NCBI GenBank assembly: GCA_965225945.1
Contig: CBDDBZ010000035.1
Coordinates: 346,924-410,923, forward strand
Origin: Alphaproteobacteria bacterium
GTDB lineage: Bacteria; Pseudomonadota; Alphaproteobacteria; GCA-2731375
Direction: 5' to 3'
Length of the DNA: 64,000 nt
Both the position numbers and the translations under genes were made by a program. The notes below the pieces were generated by a model. That model did no database searches. It saw nothing but the letters and a program-made list of their open reading frames with translations, and was not told the origin of the DNA. The stretch's first letter is position 1, and every line of letters begins with the position of its first letter. Below are positions 10,384 through 20,694 of this stretch, one piece after another.

Positions 10384-12162
10384 CTATTCCTGCGCCACCA
10401 TCTCGCTCGCGTAGCCCGGATCGATCTCGACGTCCAGGACGATCGCGCCGCCCCCCTCGACGTCGGCGATGGCCCGCGCCAGGGCCTCGGGCAGGTCCTC
10501 GGCGCGCCGCACCGTTTCCGGCGCCGCCAAGCCCAGCGAGCGCGCCAAGGCCGGGATGGCGACGGCTGGGTCGTCGAGCCGTTGGCCGATCCAACGGTTC
10601 GCCACGGGGCGGTCGCGCCTCGAGGCCACGCGCTCCTGATGCAATTCGTCGTTGAAGTAGGAGCGGTTGTTGGCGACGACGATGAGCAAGGGAATCTCGT
10701 AATGGGCCGCCGTCCAGAGCGCCGTCACCCCCATCAGGAAGTCCCCGTCCCCCAGAACGGCGAGGGGAAGCCGGCCCGAATCGCGAAGCGCCAGGGCGGC
10801 GCCCACCGCCATGCCCGGCCCGGAGCCGAGACCGGCGCCGCCGTCATAGCCCAGATAGCCGAGCGGATGGGTGATGGGATAGTGCTGGCCGGGCCAGCCG
10901 AGCGGCGCCCGCAGTAGCGAGGTCTCGATATCTTGGCCGGCGCGGGCCAGCGCGCGGGCCAGTTTGTCGAGATCGATCGGGCCGGGCGCAGGCCTCGCCG
11001 CTATCCCCGCCGCCTCGATCGGCGCCGCCGTCGGGGCGGCGAGATCGAGCTGCCGGCAGAGCGCCGCCACCGCGACGTCCGGATCGCAACCGAGGTCGAT
11101 GTCGAGGTCCGCCGGCGCCTGGTGATCGTAGCTTCAGCCGTTGGCCAGGCGCTCGTCGAGGGAGGCGCCGATCACCCTCGCCGAGACCGTTTCGCCGGGC
11201 CAGACCTGGCTCAGGGTGCCGCCGAGGTCGATCCAGTCGAGCGAGAGGATGACGTCGGCCTCGCGAATGAACTCTCTGGCCGCCTCGTCGAGAAAGAAGA
11301 TGGGCGCCAGGCTGTGCAGCCGATGCGTGGTGGGGAAGGCGGCGGCCGCCTTCTGATCGGTCAGGACGCGGGCGCCGAGCCCCTCGGCAAGCGCGATCCG
11401 GCGCGCCCAGTCGTCGGAATTGCGGGAGACGCGGCCCGCCAGGATGAGCGGACAACGGGCGCCGCGCAGCGCTTCGGCGGCGCCGGCGAGGACCGCCGGC
11501 GCGGGCGAGGCCGCCGGCGCCGGGCGGCGCCGCGCCACGTCGGGAAAGCGCGGCGGCTCGCTCAGGGCTTCCTCTTGCAGGCTCACGTCGAAGCAGAGAT
11601 AGACCGGCGCGCGCGGCGCCTCGCTCGCGATCTTGAAACCGCGCGCGACGGCATCGATGGCCGCCTGAGGCGATCCGGGCTGCTCGTCCCACTTGACAAA
11701 GGCGCGGACCAGGGCCGCCTGATCGCGCGCCGTGTGAATCCAATCGATCCAGGGCCGCCGCTTCGCCGCGTCGAGCGGCCCCGTCGCCCCCAGAAGCAGG
11801 ATCGGCTGGCGATCGCACCAGGCGTTGAAGATCGCCATGCTGGCATGCATCAAGCCGACGTTGGCGTGCACGGCCGCGGCCATCGCCCGCTCTGTCACCT
11901 TGGCGTAGCCGTGCGCGATCGCCACGGCGTGCTCCTCGTGCAGACAGACCAGCATGCGCGGGTCCCGGTTGCCGAGATAGTTGACGATGCTGTCGTGCAG
12001 GCCGCGATAGCTGGAGCCCGGGACCAGCGCGACATATTCGATCTCGAGCCGCCGCAGCATTTCCGCGATGGCGTCGCTGGCCCATCCCAGGACCTGGGCG
12101 TTGGGCGCGATCGGCCGCTCGATCTCAGGGCTGCTCGGAGCGCGGCGGTTCGGTTCGGACAT
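10384..12162 (-). pseudogene. Thiamine pyrophosphate-dependent enzyme (acetolactate synthase/benzoylformate decarboxylase-like) with one in-frame TGA
   Basis: N-terminal HEEHAVAIAHGYAK and C-terminal GDGDFLM...NN TPP motifs are in the same frame; single TGA at 11134-11136 (ANG*SYDHQ). Confidence 0.85.
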
Positions 12163-12329
12163 CGGCCCCTCGCCATGATTTCCCGGTGAACTCTGAGCGA
12201 GGCTACCCCATGACCCGCCGGCGCGAAATCACCCGCCCGAGGCGCCCGCCTCGCTTCCGAGCCTTGGCCGAAAGTCGATGACCGAGAATATCGGCGGCGT
12301 CCTGAATGAAGGTCGCCGAAATTCCCGGC

Positions 12330-13607
12330 TCAGACGCCGGTGACATCGATTTCGAAAAACAGGCCGTCATAAAGAAACGCGCCGCTGATCGCCTCGCGGT
12401 CCCGATTATTCACGCCGGCGCGGCGCGTCGTGGAATGCCATGAAGCGCGGACCGTTCCAGCGATACCATCGAAGATTGCTTCGGCATCACCCTGATCCAG
12501 CAAGAAGCGTCCGGCGGCACCAAGCAGATTAGCCCTGTTGGCCCGCCGGCCCGCCGGCCCGCAGACCATGGCCAGATCACGCCGATCGCGCGCGACGACG
12601 GGCGCCGGCGTCAGGTCGTAGACGGGGCTGAGCCGCCACTCCCGGCCGGTGGCGAGCAGCGCGTGATTGCGCGGGTGATCGTCGAGATTGGAGATCGCCG
12701 CATTGAAGCAGGTTCGCCGGAACAGCTCGCGCAAATCCTCCTTCGGCGCCGCGCTCGCGCGGCGGACTTCATCGGCCAGCAGAAGGTATGACCAGCGCCC
12801 GCGATTCGACGGGCTGTCATCGGATTGCAGCAGGGTGAGAGCGCTGACCATGCGGTGGCGGTGATAGCCATCGCCGGCGATTTCGCGGTCGAAGCGGCGT
12901 ACCAGCAGCACGTCGCGATTCCCGACGCTCTCGATCCGGCTGTCCGCGGGCCGCAAGCCGCATTCTCGCGCCAGCATCAGCAGGGCGTGCTCGACGCGGG
13001 GGTGATTCCAGCGATCATCGTGGCGCCCGAACTTGGCCAGCCACAGCCCCTGGTCGTCTTGCACGACGACCTTGGGGCGCGCGCCGCCCATGGAGGTCCC
13101 AACGAGCAGAAGCTCCGCTACCTGCGGCGCGGCGGAGCCGCCGCGCGCGGGCTCGCCGGCGATCACCGCGTCGGCGGCGCTCTGAAGACGCGCGAGATCG
13201 AGCGTCCGGTTGAACTGTCGCCGGGGCGCCGGCGGCTCGACATCAAGGCCGAAGCCGAGGGCGCCGGCGCGGTCGTCCGCCCCTTCCATCAGATAGTCGA
13301 ACTCCTCGAGGCGGGTATGTCCCGAGTGCCTCTCGATGACGAGGCGACCCCAGTAATCCGGCATGGAATCGCGAATAGCGCCGAAGAACCCGCCCAAGCG
13401 CCCGGTTTCATGGACGCGGCGCGCAAGGCGCAATTCGACGGGATCGAGTTCCACCGCATCGCTTCGCGCGAGATAGCGGCGGCGGTAGACGAATTCGCCG
13501 CGGGCCGAGCCTTCGCGGGTTTCGGAAAGGCGAAAGCGGCCGGCTGTCACGAATTCAGTCGATTCGGGCAGGACGATATAGACGTAGCACTCGCGCTCAG
13601 AAGTCAT
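12330..13607 (-). CDS. hipA: HipA-family kinase toxin
   Basis: GTSMGGARPK Gly loop, NLDDHPRNH catalytic motif, LSPVYD; start overlaps the upstream HTH stop. Confidence 0.88.
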   Translation of the reverse strand: MTSERECYVYIVLPESTEFVTAGRFRLSETREGSARGEFVYRRRYLARSDAVELDPVELRLARRVHETGRLGGFFGAIRDSMPDYWGRLVIERHSGHTRLEEFDYLMEGADDRAGALGFGLDVEPPAPRRQFNRTLDLARLQSAADAVIAGEPARGGSAAPQVAELLLVGTSMGGARPKVVVQDDQGLWLAKFGRHDDRWNHPRVEHALLMLARECGLRPADSRIESVGNRDVLLVRRFDREIAGDGYHRHRMVSALTLLQSDDSPSNRGRWSYLLLADEVRRASAAPKEDLRELFRRTCFNAAISNLDDHPRNHALLATGREWRLSPVYDLTPAPVVARDRRDLAMVCGPAGRRANRANLLGAAGRFLLDQGDAEAIFDGIAGTVRASWHSTTRRAGVNNRDREAISGAFLYDGLFFEIDVTGV

Positions 13608-13938
13608 CATCGAGGCTCCGGCGTCGCGGAGCTTGCTTCGGGCGCCTGGCGCCTTCGAGGACCTTGCCTTCCTCGTCGCGGTCGGGGTCCGCGAGGTCGA
13701 TCGCCCGGTCCAGTAGGCCCAGCGCCCAGAGCGCGCCGAAATAGGCCGCGGCCGAGGTGCCCGGCTTGCCTTTTTCGAGATCGGCGACCGTGAACCGAGA
13801 GGCGCCGATACGAGCGGCCACGTCCTCGATCCGTAGCCTTCGGCGCAAACGGGCCGTGCGGATATTGCGGCCGAGCCGCTGGAGGGCATCTTCGACGGCG
13901 GCCGGCGGAGCCTCGGTGATCTTACTTTTGTTTGGCAT
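13597..13938 (-). CDS. XRE-family HTH protein, putative HipB-like antitoxin
   Basis: LGRNIRTARLRRRL..VAARIGASRFTVADLEKG HTH; translationally coupled to hipA. Confidence 0.85.
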   Translation of the reverse strand: MPNKSKITEAPPAAVEDALQRLGRNIRTARLRRRLRIEDVAARIGASRFTVADLEKGKPGTSAAAYFGALWALGLLDRAIDLADPDRDEEGKVLEGARRPKQAPRRRSLDDDF

Positions 13939-14194
13939 GTTGGGTTGAGCCTATATGAATTGTCTTCATGTTTATTCAAATCAACATAAACGCTGGTTTG
14001 GTCTTGTCAAGTTCGTGACTCGCCAGATGTTGGTTTGAAGCTGTATATATGAAGTATATGTATATTTGAGGCATCACAGGACGTCAGGCGGCCCCCCGAT
14101 CGCCTCCTCTGCGCCGCGATCGCCCGGGCGTTCGCTTCTCTCCGGCGCCGTGGCCGTGCTAGACGCAGCAAGCCGGCCAGCGGGGAGGGGCGCC

Positions 14195-14245
14195 ATGCGC
14201 ATCGTCGACATTCGCGAAACCACCGTCCCGCTCGGCGAAGGTTGA
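14195..14245 (+). pseudogene. 16-codon remnant resembling the N-terminus of a mandelate racemase/enolase-superfamily dehydratase
   Basis: MRIVDIRETTVPLGEG* after a strong GGGGAGGGG RBS; stop overlaps the next start. Confidence 0.45.
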
Positions 14246-15060
14246 GCGCGCGCCGGGTGTCCTTCGCGCTCCTCGGTTTCGAGGTCACGCCCCTCCAGGG
14301 GCTGGCACCCTGGGCGATCGCCTACGTCTTCGGCGCCTATTTCCTGGGCTTCTTCATTCGCGGCGTCTTCGGCTTCGGCTCCAACCTGCCGATCGTGCTG
14401 ATGACGACCTGGGTGCTGGCGCCGCACCATGCAATCCTGCTGGTGACGCTGACCGCGATCGTCTCGCAGGTGGCCCTCTTCCCGCAAGCGATCCGGACGG
14501 CGGACTGGCCGATTGCCCGACCGCTGATTCTCGGCATCGGGGTCGGCATCGTTCTCGGCACTTGGATCTTCGTCGCGCTGGACGCCGACTGGCTGATCCT
14601 GGTGATGGGCGTCCTGGTGCTCTTCATCATCGGCGCCGATCGGCTACGTCTGCTGGAGCGGCTGGGGCGCGTGATCGACCTCAGGGGACGCGCGATCAAC
14701 CTCGTGCTCGCCGCCGTCAGCGCCACCATCGGCTCGGTCAGCGGCGGCGGCACGATCTATTTTCTGGTGGTCTACCTCAGAGGCGTCTGCGCCACGCCGG
14801 TCTCGCTGCGCGGCACCAATATCGCGGTTTCCGGCATTTTCGTCGTCGGCCGCCTGATTGCCGTGACCCTCGCCGGGCTGGTGAGCATCGATCTCCTGAT
14901 CGACACGGTGCTGCTGCTGCCGGCGGTCTTCCTCGCCATCTGGCTCGGCACCCGGGCCTTCCGCGCCGCGTCCACGGCGAGCTTCCACGCCGCCCTGCAG
15001 TACCTCTTGATCGGCGCCGCGGTCGCCCTGGTGGCGAGCGCCGTCATCGACATTGTCTGA
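14242..15060 (+). CDS. TauE/SafE (sulfite exporter, TSUP) family membrane protein
   Basis: GFFIRGVFGFGS, GSVSGGG repeat halves; about 8 hydrophobic segments. Confidence 0.8.
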   Translation: MSARRVSFALLGFEVTPLQGLAPWAIAYVFGAYFLGFFIRGVFGFGSNLPIVLMTTWVLAPHHAILLVTLTAIVSQVALFPQAIRTADWPIARPLILGIGVGIVLGTWIFVALDADWLILVMGVLVLFIIGADRLRLLERLGRVIDLRGRAINLVLAAVSATIGSVSGGGTIYFLVVYLRGVCATPVSLRGTNIAVSGIFVVGRLIAVTLAGLVSIDLLIDTVLLLPAVFLAIWLGTRAFRAASTASFHAALQYLLIGAAVALVASAVIDIV

Positions 15061-15118
15061 GCCCAGGGACGCCCGAAAGCGGCTATAGTGGCGCGCGGCG
15101 GAGCGAGAGGGACGAGCC

Positions 15119-16606
15119 ATGCGGATGCCGGCGCCGGAGGAGAGCGCCTTCGCGCAACGCGACGGGTTGATCGCGGACTTGCGCGAGATCGTCGAACCCG
15201 AAAACGTCATCGTCGACGAGACGGTGCTCCGGGCCTATGAATCCGACGGCCTCACGGCCTATCGCCAGCGCCCGCTGCTGGTGGTCCTGCCGGAGACCAC
15301 GGCGGAGGTTTCGGCGACCTTGCGCGTTTGCGACCGGCGCGCGATCAAGGTGGTGCCGAGGGGCGCCGGCACCTCGCTTTCGGGCGGCGCCCTGCCGCTC
15401 GCCGACGGCATCATCGTCGGCCTCGCCAAGTTCAACCGCATCCTCGAGGTCGACTACCCCAACCGATGCGCCCGCGTGCAGCCGGGGGTCACCAACCTCG
15501 CCATCACGGATGCGGTGGAGGCGGCCGGCTTCTATTACGCGCCCGATCCCTCGAGCCAGATCGCCTGCACGATCGGCGGCAACGTGGCGGAGAATTCGGG
15601 CGGCGTGCATTGCCTGAAATACGGCCTCACGACCAACAATATCCTCGGCCTCGAATTCGTGCTGATGAACGGCGACGTGCTCAGGCTCGGCGGCAAACAC
15701 TTGGACGCGGAGGGCTATGACTTGCTCGGCCTGATGACCGGCTCCGAGGGCCTGCTCGGCGTCATCACCGAGGTCACGGTCCGCATCCTCCGGCGGCCGG
15801 AGACGGCGGCCGCCGTGCTGATCGGCTTTCCCAGCAACGAGGACGCGGCCGAGTGCGTCGCCCGGATCATCGCCGCCGGCATCATCCCGGGCGGGCTGGA
15901 GATGATGGACCGGGACGCGATCCATGCCGCCGAGGCCTTCTCGGAGTCCGGCTATCCCCTGGACGTCGAGAGCCTGCTGATCGTCGAGCTGGACGGGCCC
16001 GAGGTCGAGGTCTCGCATCTGACCGACGCCGTTCGCACCATCGCCGAGGACTGCAACGCCGCCAACCTGAAGGTCAGCGGGAGCGAGGAAGAACGGCTGC
16101 GCTTCTGGGCCGGGCGCAAGGCGGCGTTTCCGGCGATCGGGCGGATCAGCCCGGACTATTACTGCATGGACGGCTCCATTCCCCGCCGCCAGCTCCCGCT
16201 GATGCTGCGGCGCATGGCGGAGATGTCGCGCCGCCATGGCCTCCGCGTCGCCAACGTGTTCCACGCCGGCGACGGCAATCTGCATCCCCTGATCCTCTAC
16301 GACGCCAACGAGGCCGGCGAGTTGGAACGGGCGGAGGAATTCGGCGCCGAGATCCTGAAGCTCTGCGTCGAGGTCGGCGGCGTCTTGACCGGCGAGCACG
16401 GCGTCGGCGTCGAGAAGCGGGATCTGATGGGCGAGATGTTCACCGAGACCGATCTCGACCAGCAAATGCGCGTCAAATGCGCCTTCGATCCGGAAGGGCG
16501 CCTCAACCCCGGCAAGGTCTTCCCCCAGCTCCGCCGCTGCGCCGAGCTCGGCCGGGTGCATGTCCGGGGCGGTCGGATGGCGTTCCCGGAGCTTCCGCGC
16601 TTCTGA
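15119..16606 (+). CDS. glcD: Glycolate oxidase subunit GlcD
   Basis: PRGAGTSLSGGA, PDPSSQIACTIGGNVAENSGGVHCLKYG, HAGDGNLHP, GEHGVG. Confidence 0.95.
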   Translation: MRMPAPEESAFAQRDGLIADLREIVEPENVIVDETVLRAYESDGLTAYRQRPLLVVLPETTAEVSATLRVCDRRAIKVVPRGAGTSLSGGALPLADGIIVGLAKFNRILEVDYPNRCARVQPGVTNLAITDAVEAAGFYYAPDPSSQIACTIGGNVAENSGGVHCLKYGLTTNNILGLEFVLMNGDVLRLGGKHLDAEGYDLLGLMTGSEGLLGVITEVTVRILRRPETAAAVLIGFPSNEDAAECVARIIAAGIIPGGLEMMDRDAIHAAEAFSESGYPLDVESLLIVELDGPEVEVSHLTDAVRTIAEDCNAANLKVSGSEEERLRFWAGRKAAFPAIGRISPDYYCMDGSIPRRQLPLMLRRMAEMSRRHGLRVANVFHAGDGNLHPLILYDANEAGELERAEEFGAEILKLCVEVGGVLTGEHGVGVEKRDLMGEMFTETDLDQQMRVKCAFDPEGRLNPGKVFPQLRRCAELGRVHVRGGRMAFPELPRF

Positions 16607-17823
16607 TGGGGGAGGTCCTGAAGCCGGGCGACGCCGAGGAGGTGCGCGAGGCGATTCGCTGGGCGGCCGGAAACGAGACGCCGATCGAGGTGCGGGGCGC
16701 CGGCTCCAAGGCCGGCCTCGGGCGCCCGCCGGTAGCTGAGCACGTGCTCGACCTCTCGGCCCTCGCGGGCCTCGACTTCTACGAGCCGGAGGAGCTGGTC
16801 CTGCGCGCGGGCCCGGCGACGCCGATGGACGAGATCGAGGGTCTGTTGTCGCAGAACGGCCAGCAGCTCGCCTTCGAGCCGGCCGATCTCTGCGGCCTCT
16901 TGGGCGCCGAGGCGCGCCCGACGCTGGGCGGCGTGCTCGCGACCAATCATTCCGGGCCCCGGCGCTTCAAGGCGGGCGCCGCGCGCGACCATTTCCTCGG
17001 CTTCCAGGCGGTGACCGGCCGGGGCGACATCGTGCGTTCCGGAGGTCGGGTGATGAAGAACGTCACCGGTTACGACCTCTCGAAGCTGCTGGCGGGAAGC
17101 CACGGCACGCTTGCCGCGATGACCGAGGTCACGGTCAAGGTGGCGCCGGCGCCGCGGATGCTCCGGACCGTATTGGTCCAGGGCATGGCCGACGCGGCGG
17201 CGGTGGCCCTGCTGGCCGAACTCGGCGGCAGTCCGCACGAGGTCTCGGGCCTCGCGCATCTTCCAGCCGAGGTGGCGGCGCGCTCGGGCGTCGGCCATGT
17301 CGCCGGCGCCGGCGGGGCGATCACGGCGGCCCGGGTGGAGGGGCCGGAGCCCTCGGTGCTGCATCGGACCGAGGCGCTGCACGCGGCCATGGGCCGGCAC
17401 GGCGCCACCGAGGAGTTGCACGGCAACAATTCCCGACGCTTCTGGCGCGAGGTCGCGGATGTGAGCGAGCTGATCGACCCCGCGCTTGCGACGGTCTGGA
17501 AGCTCTCCTTGACGCCGGGCGCGGCGCCGGGCGTGGTCAGGGCGCTGCTGGCCGAGGCGGTGGGGGAGGCCTTTTACGACTGGGCCGGCGGCCTCGTCTG
17601 GCTGGCGCTGCCTTCGAGCGAGGACGCGGCGCACGTGGCGGTCCGGGCCGCCGTCGGGGCCGAGGGCCACGCGACGCTGATCCGGGCCGAGGCCCCGGTC
17701 CGCGCCCGCGTGCCGGTGTTCCATCCCCAGCCCGAACCGCTCGCCCGGCTCTCGGCTCGGATCAAGCAGAGCTTCGATCCCGCGTGCGTGCTCAATCGCG
17801 GCCGCATGTACGAGGAGGCGTGA
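16606..17823 (+). CDS. glcE: Glycolate oxidase FAD-binding subunit GlcE
   Basis: YEPEELV, GGRVMKNVTGYDLSKLLAGSHGTL, FDP..VLNRGR; TGATG coupling with glcD. Confidence 0.95.
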   Translation: MGEVLKPGDAEEVREAIRWAAGNETPIEVRGAGSKAGLGRPPVAEHVLDLSALAGLDFYEPEELVLRAGPATPMDEIEGLLSQNGQQLAFEPADLCGLLGAEARPTLGGVLATNHSGPRRFKAGAARDHFLGFQAVTGRGDIVRSGGRVMKNVTGYDLSKLLAGSHGTLAAMTEVTVKVAPAPRMLRTVLVQGMADAAAVALLAELGGSPHEVSGLAHLPAEVAARSGVGHVAGAGGAITAARVEGPEPSVLHRTEALHAAMGRHGATEELHGNNSRRFWREVADVSELIDPALATVWKLSLTPGAAPGVVRALLAEAVGEAFYDWAGGLVWLALPSSEDAAHVAVRAAVGAEGHATLIRAEAPVRARVPVFHPQPEPLARLSARIKQSFDPACVLNRGRMYEEA

Positions 17824-17831
17824 GGGCGGGC

Positions 17832-19139
17832 ATGCAGACCAACTTCAGCCTGGCGCAACTCGCCGATCCGAACATCCAGACCGCCAACGAGATCCTGCGT
17901 TCCTGCGTGCATTGCGGCTTCTGCCTCGCGACCTGCCCGACCTACGTGCTGCTCGGCGACGAGCTCGACAGCCCGCGCGGCCGCATCTACCTGATCAAGA
18001 ACATGCTGGAGGATGGCGGCCCCGCGCCTGCCGGCGTGGCGCGACATCTCGACCGTTGCCTGAGCTGCCTTTCCTGCATGACCACCTGCCCCTCGGGCGT
18101 CGACTACATGCACTTGGTGGATCACGCCCGCCATCACGTCGAGGCGACGTATCGCCGCCCGGCGCCAGAGCGTCTGCTCCGCGCCATGCTGGCCCGAGTC
18201 CTGCCCTCAGCCAGGCTGTTTCGCCTGGCGCTCGGCGCCGCGAGCTTCGCCCGGCCGTTCCGGCGTCTGCTGCCGGCCGCACTCCGCCGCATGGTCGAGA
18301 TGGCGCCCGGACGGCTGGAGGCGCCGTCCGAGGTCGATTCTCCCCAGGTTTTCCCGGCGGCGGGCGAGACGCGCATGCGGGTGGCGCTGCTGAACGGCTG
18401 CGCGCAACAGGTCTTGGCGCCCCGAATCAACGAGGCGACGGTGCGCCTGTTGACCCGGCTCGGCTGCGAGGTCGTGGTGGCGCGAGGCGCCGGCTGCTGC
18501 GGCGCGCTCAGCCATCACATGGGCAAAAGCGCGCCCGCGCTCGCCGCCGCCAGGGCCAACATCGAGGCCTGGTGGGCCGAGCGGGAGGCGGGTGGCCTCG
18601 ATGGCATCGTGATTAACGCATCGGGCTGCGGCACCACGGTCAAGGACTACGGTTTCATGTTCCGCGACGATCCCAAATTCGCCGATATGGCGGCCTGGGT
18701 CGCCGCGCACGCCCTCGACGTAGCTGAGCTGGTGGACAGGCTCGGCCTGCCGGCCGGCGGCGCGGCGCCGGCGCTCTCCGTCGCCTACCACTCGGCCTGC
18801 TCGCTGCAGCATGGCCAGAAGGTGGCGGCGTTGCCCGAGGCGCTGCTCGCGGCGGCCGGCTTCGAGGTTCGCGGCGTCGCCGAGAGCCACCTCTGCTGCG
18901 GCTCCGCCGGAACCTACAATCTGCTGCAACCGGAACTCGCTGATCGGCTGCTCGAGCGCAAGATCGCCAACATCGAGGCGGCCGGGGCCGAGGTGATCGC
19001 CACCGGCAACATCGGCTGCATGATGCAGATCGGCGGTGCCACCGATTCGCCCGTCGTGCACACCGTGGAGCTTCTGGACTGGGCGAGCGGTGGGCCGAAG
19101 CCGGAACCGCTGCGCGCTGGCGATGGGGACTTGTCGTGA
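17832..19139 (+). CDS. glcF: Glycolate oxidase iron-sulfur subunit GlcF
   Basis: MQTNF start, CVHCGFCLATCPT, CLSCLSCMTTCPSG, two CCG domains. Confidence 0.95.
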   Translation: MQTNFSLAQLADPNIQTANEILRSCVHCGFCLATCPTYVLLGDELDSPRGRIYLIKNMLEDGGPAPAGVARHLDRCLSCLSCMTTCPSGVDYMHLVDHARHHVEATYRRPAPERLLRAMLARVLPSARLFRLALGAASFARPFRRLLPAALRRMVEMAPGRLEAPSEVDSPQVFPAAGETRMRVALLNGCAQQVLAPRINEATVRLLTRLGCEVVVARGAGCCGALSHHMGKSAPALAAARANIEAWWAEREAGGLDGIVINASGCGTTVKDYGFMFRDDPKFADMAAWVAAHALDVAELVDRLGLPAGGAAPALSVAYHSACSLQHGQKVAALPEALLAAAGFEVRGVAESHLCCGSAGTYNLLQPELADRLLERKIANIEAAGAEVIATGNIGCMMQIGGATDSPVVHTVELLDWASGGPKPEPLRAGDGDLS

Positions 19140-19214
19140 ATGACCCATCCAACTCCTTCGCCCTCGGTCCCTTGATAACCGCGATCACCCGAATTCAGCT
19201 CGCCCGGCTCTCTG

Positions 19215-19946
19215 GAAAAAGGGGTCATTGTACTTTATTTGACGGAACGGTTGCGTTAGGATCGGCGCATGCCTCGCACCGCACGCGCCGCCGTCGCCAA
19301 CATGGCCTATCACGTCATCAACCGCGGCAACGCCAAGGCGACGGTATTCCACGACGATGACGATTTCGCCGCCTTCGTCCGCTTGATCGGCGAGGCCTCG
19401 GAGCGCATCGCCATGCGCCTCGCCGCCTATTGCGTCATGCCCAACCATTTTCATCTCGTCCTCTGGCCGCCGGACGACGAGGGCCTCAGCGCGTGGATGC
19501 AATGGCTCATGACCGCGCATGTCCGGCGCCACCACCGCCGCCACGCCACCAGCGGGCATGTCTGGCAGGGCCGCTTCAAGGCCTTTCCGATCCAGCGCGA
19601 CGATCACCTGTTGACGGTCGTGCGCTACGTGGAGCGAAATCCGCTGCGCGCGGGTCTGGTTGCCCGAGCCGAGGACTGGCGCTGGTCGAGCCTCGCGGCG
19701 GCGCCGCCGGCCGGCGCGCCGAAGCGGCACTGCCCGGTGCCGTTGCCGGCCAACTGGCGGGCCGTGGTCGGGCGTGCGGAAGCGGCGGCGCAACTCGAGG
19801 CGGTTCGCCACAGCGTCAATCGCGGGACGCCGTTCGGCGACGATCGCTGGGTTCCGCGCACCGCCCGTCGGCTCGGCCTCGAGTCCACCCTGAGACCCCG
19901 TGGCCGGCCCCGCAAACCACCAAAAAAGTAGAATGACCCCTTTTTC
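19215..19946. mobile_element. RAYT gene bracketed by 22-bp inverted repeats
   Basis: GAAAAAGGGGTCATTGTACTTT (19215-19236) vs AAAGTAGAATGACCCCTTTTTC (19925-19946), one mismatch. Confidence 0.8.
19269..19931 (+). CDS. REP-associated tyrosine (Y1/HUH) transposase (RAYT-like)
   Basis: YHVINRGN, YCVMPNHFHL (HUH), WQGRFK, YVERNP, WRWSS, RPRGRP tail. Confidence 0.9.
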   Translation: MPRTARAAVANMAYHVINRGNAKATVFHDDDDFAAFVRLIGEASERIAMRLAAYCVMPNHFHLVLWPPDDEGLSAWMQWLMTAHVRRHHRRHATSGHVWQGRFKAFPIQRDDHLLTVVRYVERNPLRAGLVARAEDWRWSSLAAAPPAGAPKRHCPVPLPANWRAVVGRAEAAAQLEAVRHSVNRGTPFGDDRWVPRTARRLGLESTLRPRGRPRKPPKK

Positions 19947-20049
19947 GAAGCCGCAACCGCTACGATCGCGCCCGGGCGGATAGCTCGCCGCCGTTCACAT
20001 TCGGGCGATGCCGTTTGGCACGGCTGCCGGCGGTGCTATTATTCTTCCC

Positions 20050-20619
20050 ATGCGACGGCTTCGGCACATTCTGTCGGTCTTGGTCCTCGCCATGGTTGCT
20101 CATGGCGGGTCGCTCCCCGGCGCTCTCGCCGACCAGAACGACCCCAAGCTCGAACGGCTGTTCGCCGAGCTCGGGCGGACCGAGGACGAGCTCCTCGCGA
20201 GCCGGATCGAGACGGAAATCTGGCGCACCTGGCACATCTCCGGCAGCGACACCATCGACCTGCTGATGCAGCGGAGCATGATGGCGATGAGCGTCGAGAA
20301 GTTCGACGAGGCGCTGACCCATTTGTCGAGCGTGGTCGAGCTGGCGCCGGATTTTGCCGAGGGCTGGAACAAGCGGGCGACGGTGCTCTATTTGATGCGC
20401 CGCTTCGAGGACTCGATCGCCGACGTGGACCGCACCCTGGCGCTCGAGCCCCGGCACTTCGGCGCGCTCAGCGGCCTTGGCCTGATCCACAGGCAGCTCG
20501 GCGACGAGGCCAAGGCGCTGGAATTCTTCGAGCGCGCGGTCGAGGTGAACCCGCACATGGCGCAGATCCAGGCGGAGATCCGCCGCCTCCGGCCCAAGAT
20601 CAAGGGCAGGAAACTCTGA
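20050..20619 (+). CDS. Secreted TPR protein
   Basis: Signal peptide; PDFAEGWNKRAT, LEPRHFGALSGLG TPR motifs. Confidence 0.88.
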   Translation: MRRLRHILSVLVLAMVAHGGSLPGALADQNDPKLERLFAELGRTEDELLASRIETEIWRTWHISGSDTIDLLMQRSMMAMSVEKFDEALTHLSSVVELAPDFAEGWNKRATVLYLMRRFEDSIADVDRTLALEPRHFGALSGLGLIHRQLGDEAKALEFFERAVEVNPHMAQIQAEIRRLRPKIKGRKL

Positions 20620-20694
20620 GCGTCCGACGTGAATATCCCCCGGCACGCCGCACGAGCGGCGAGCAAAAAAACGGAGGCCAGGGGGGCGCCGTCC

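Noticed and set aside
11134-11136. Selenocysteine or recoded TGA
   Set aside because: The position looks like Trp rather than Cys, no SECIS was recognised, and other genes here use TGA as stop.
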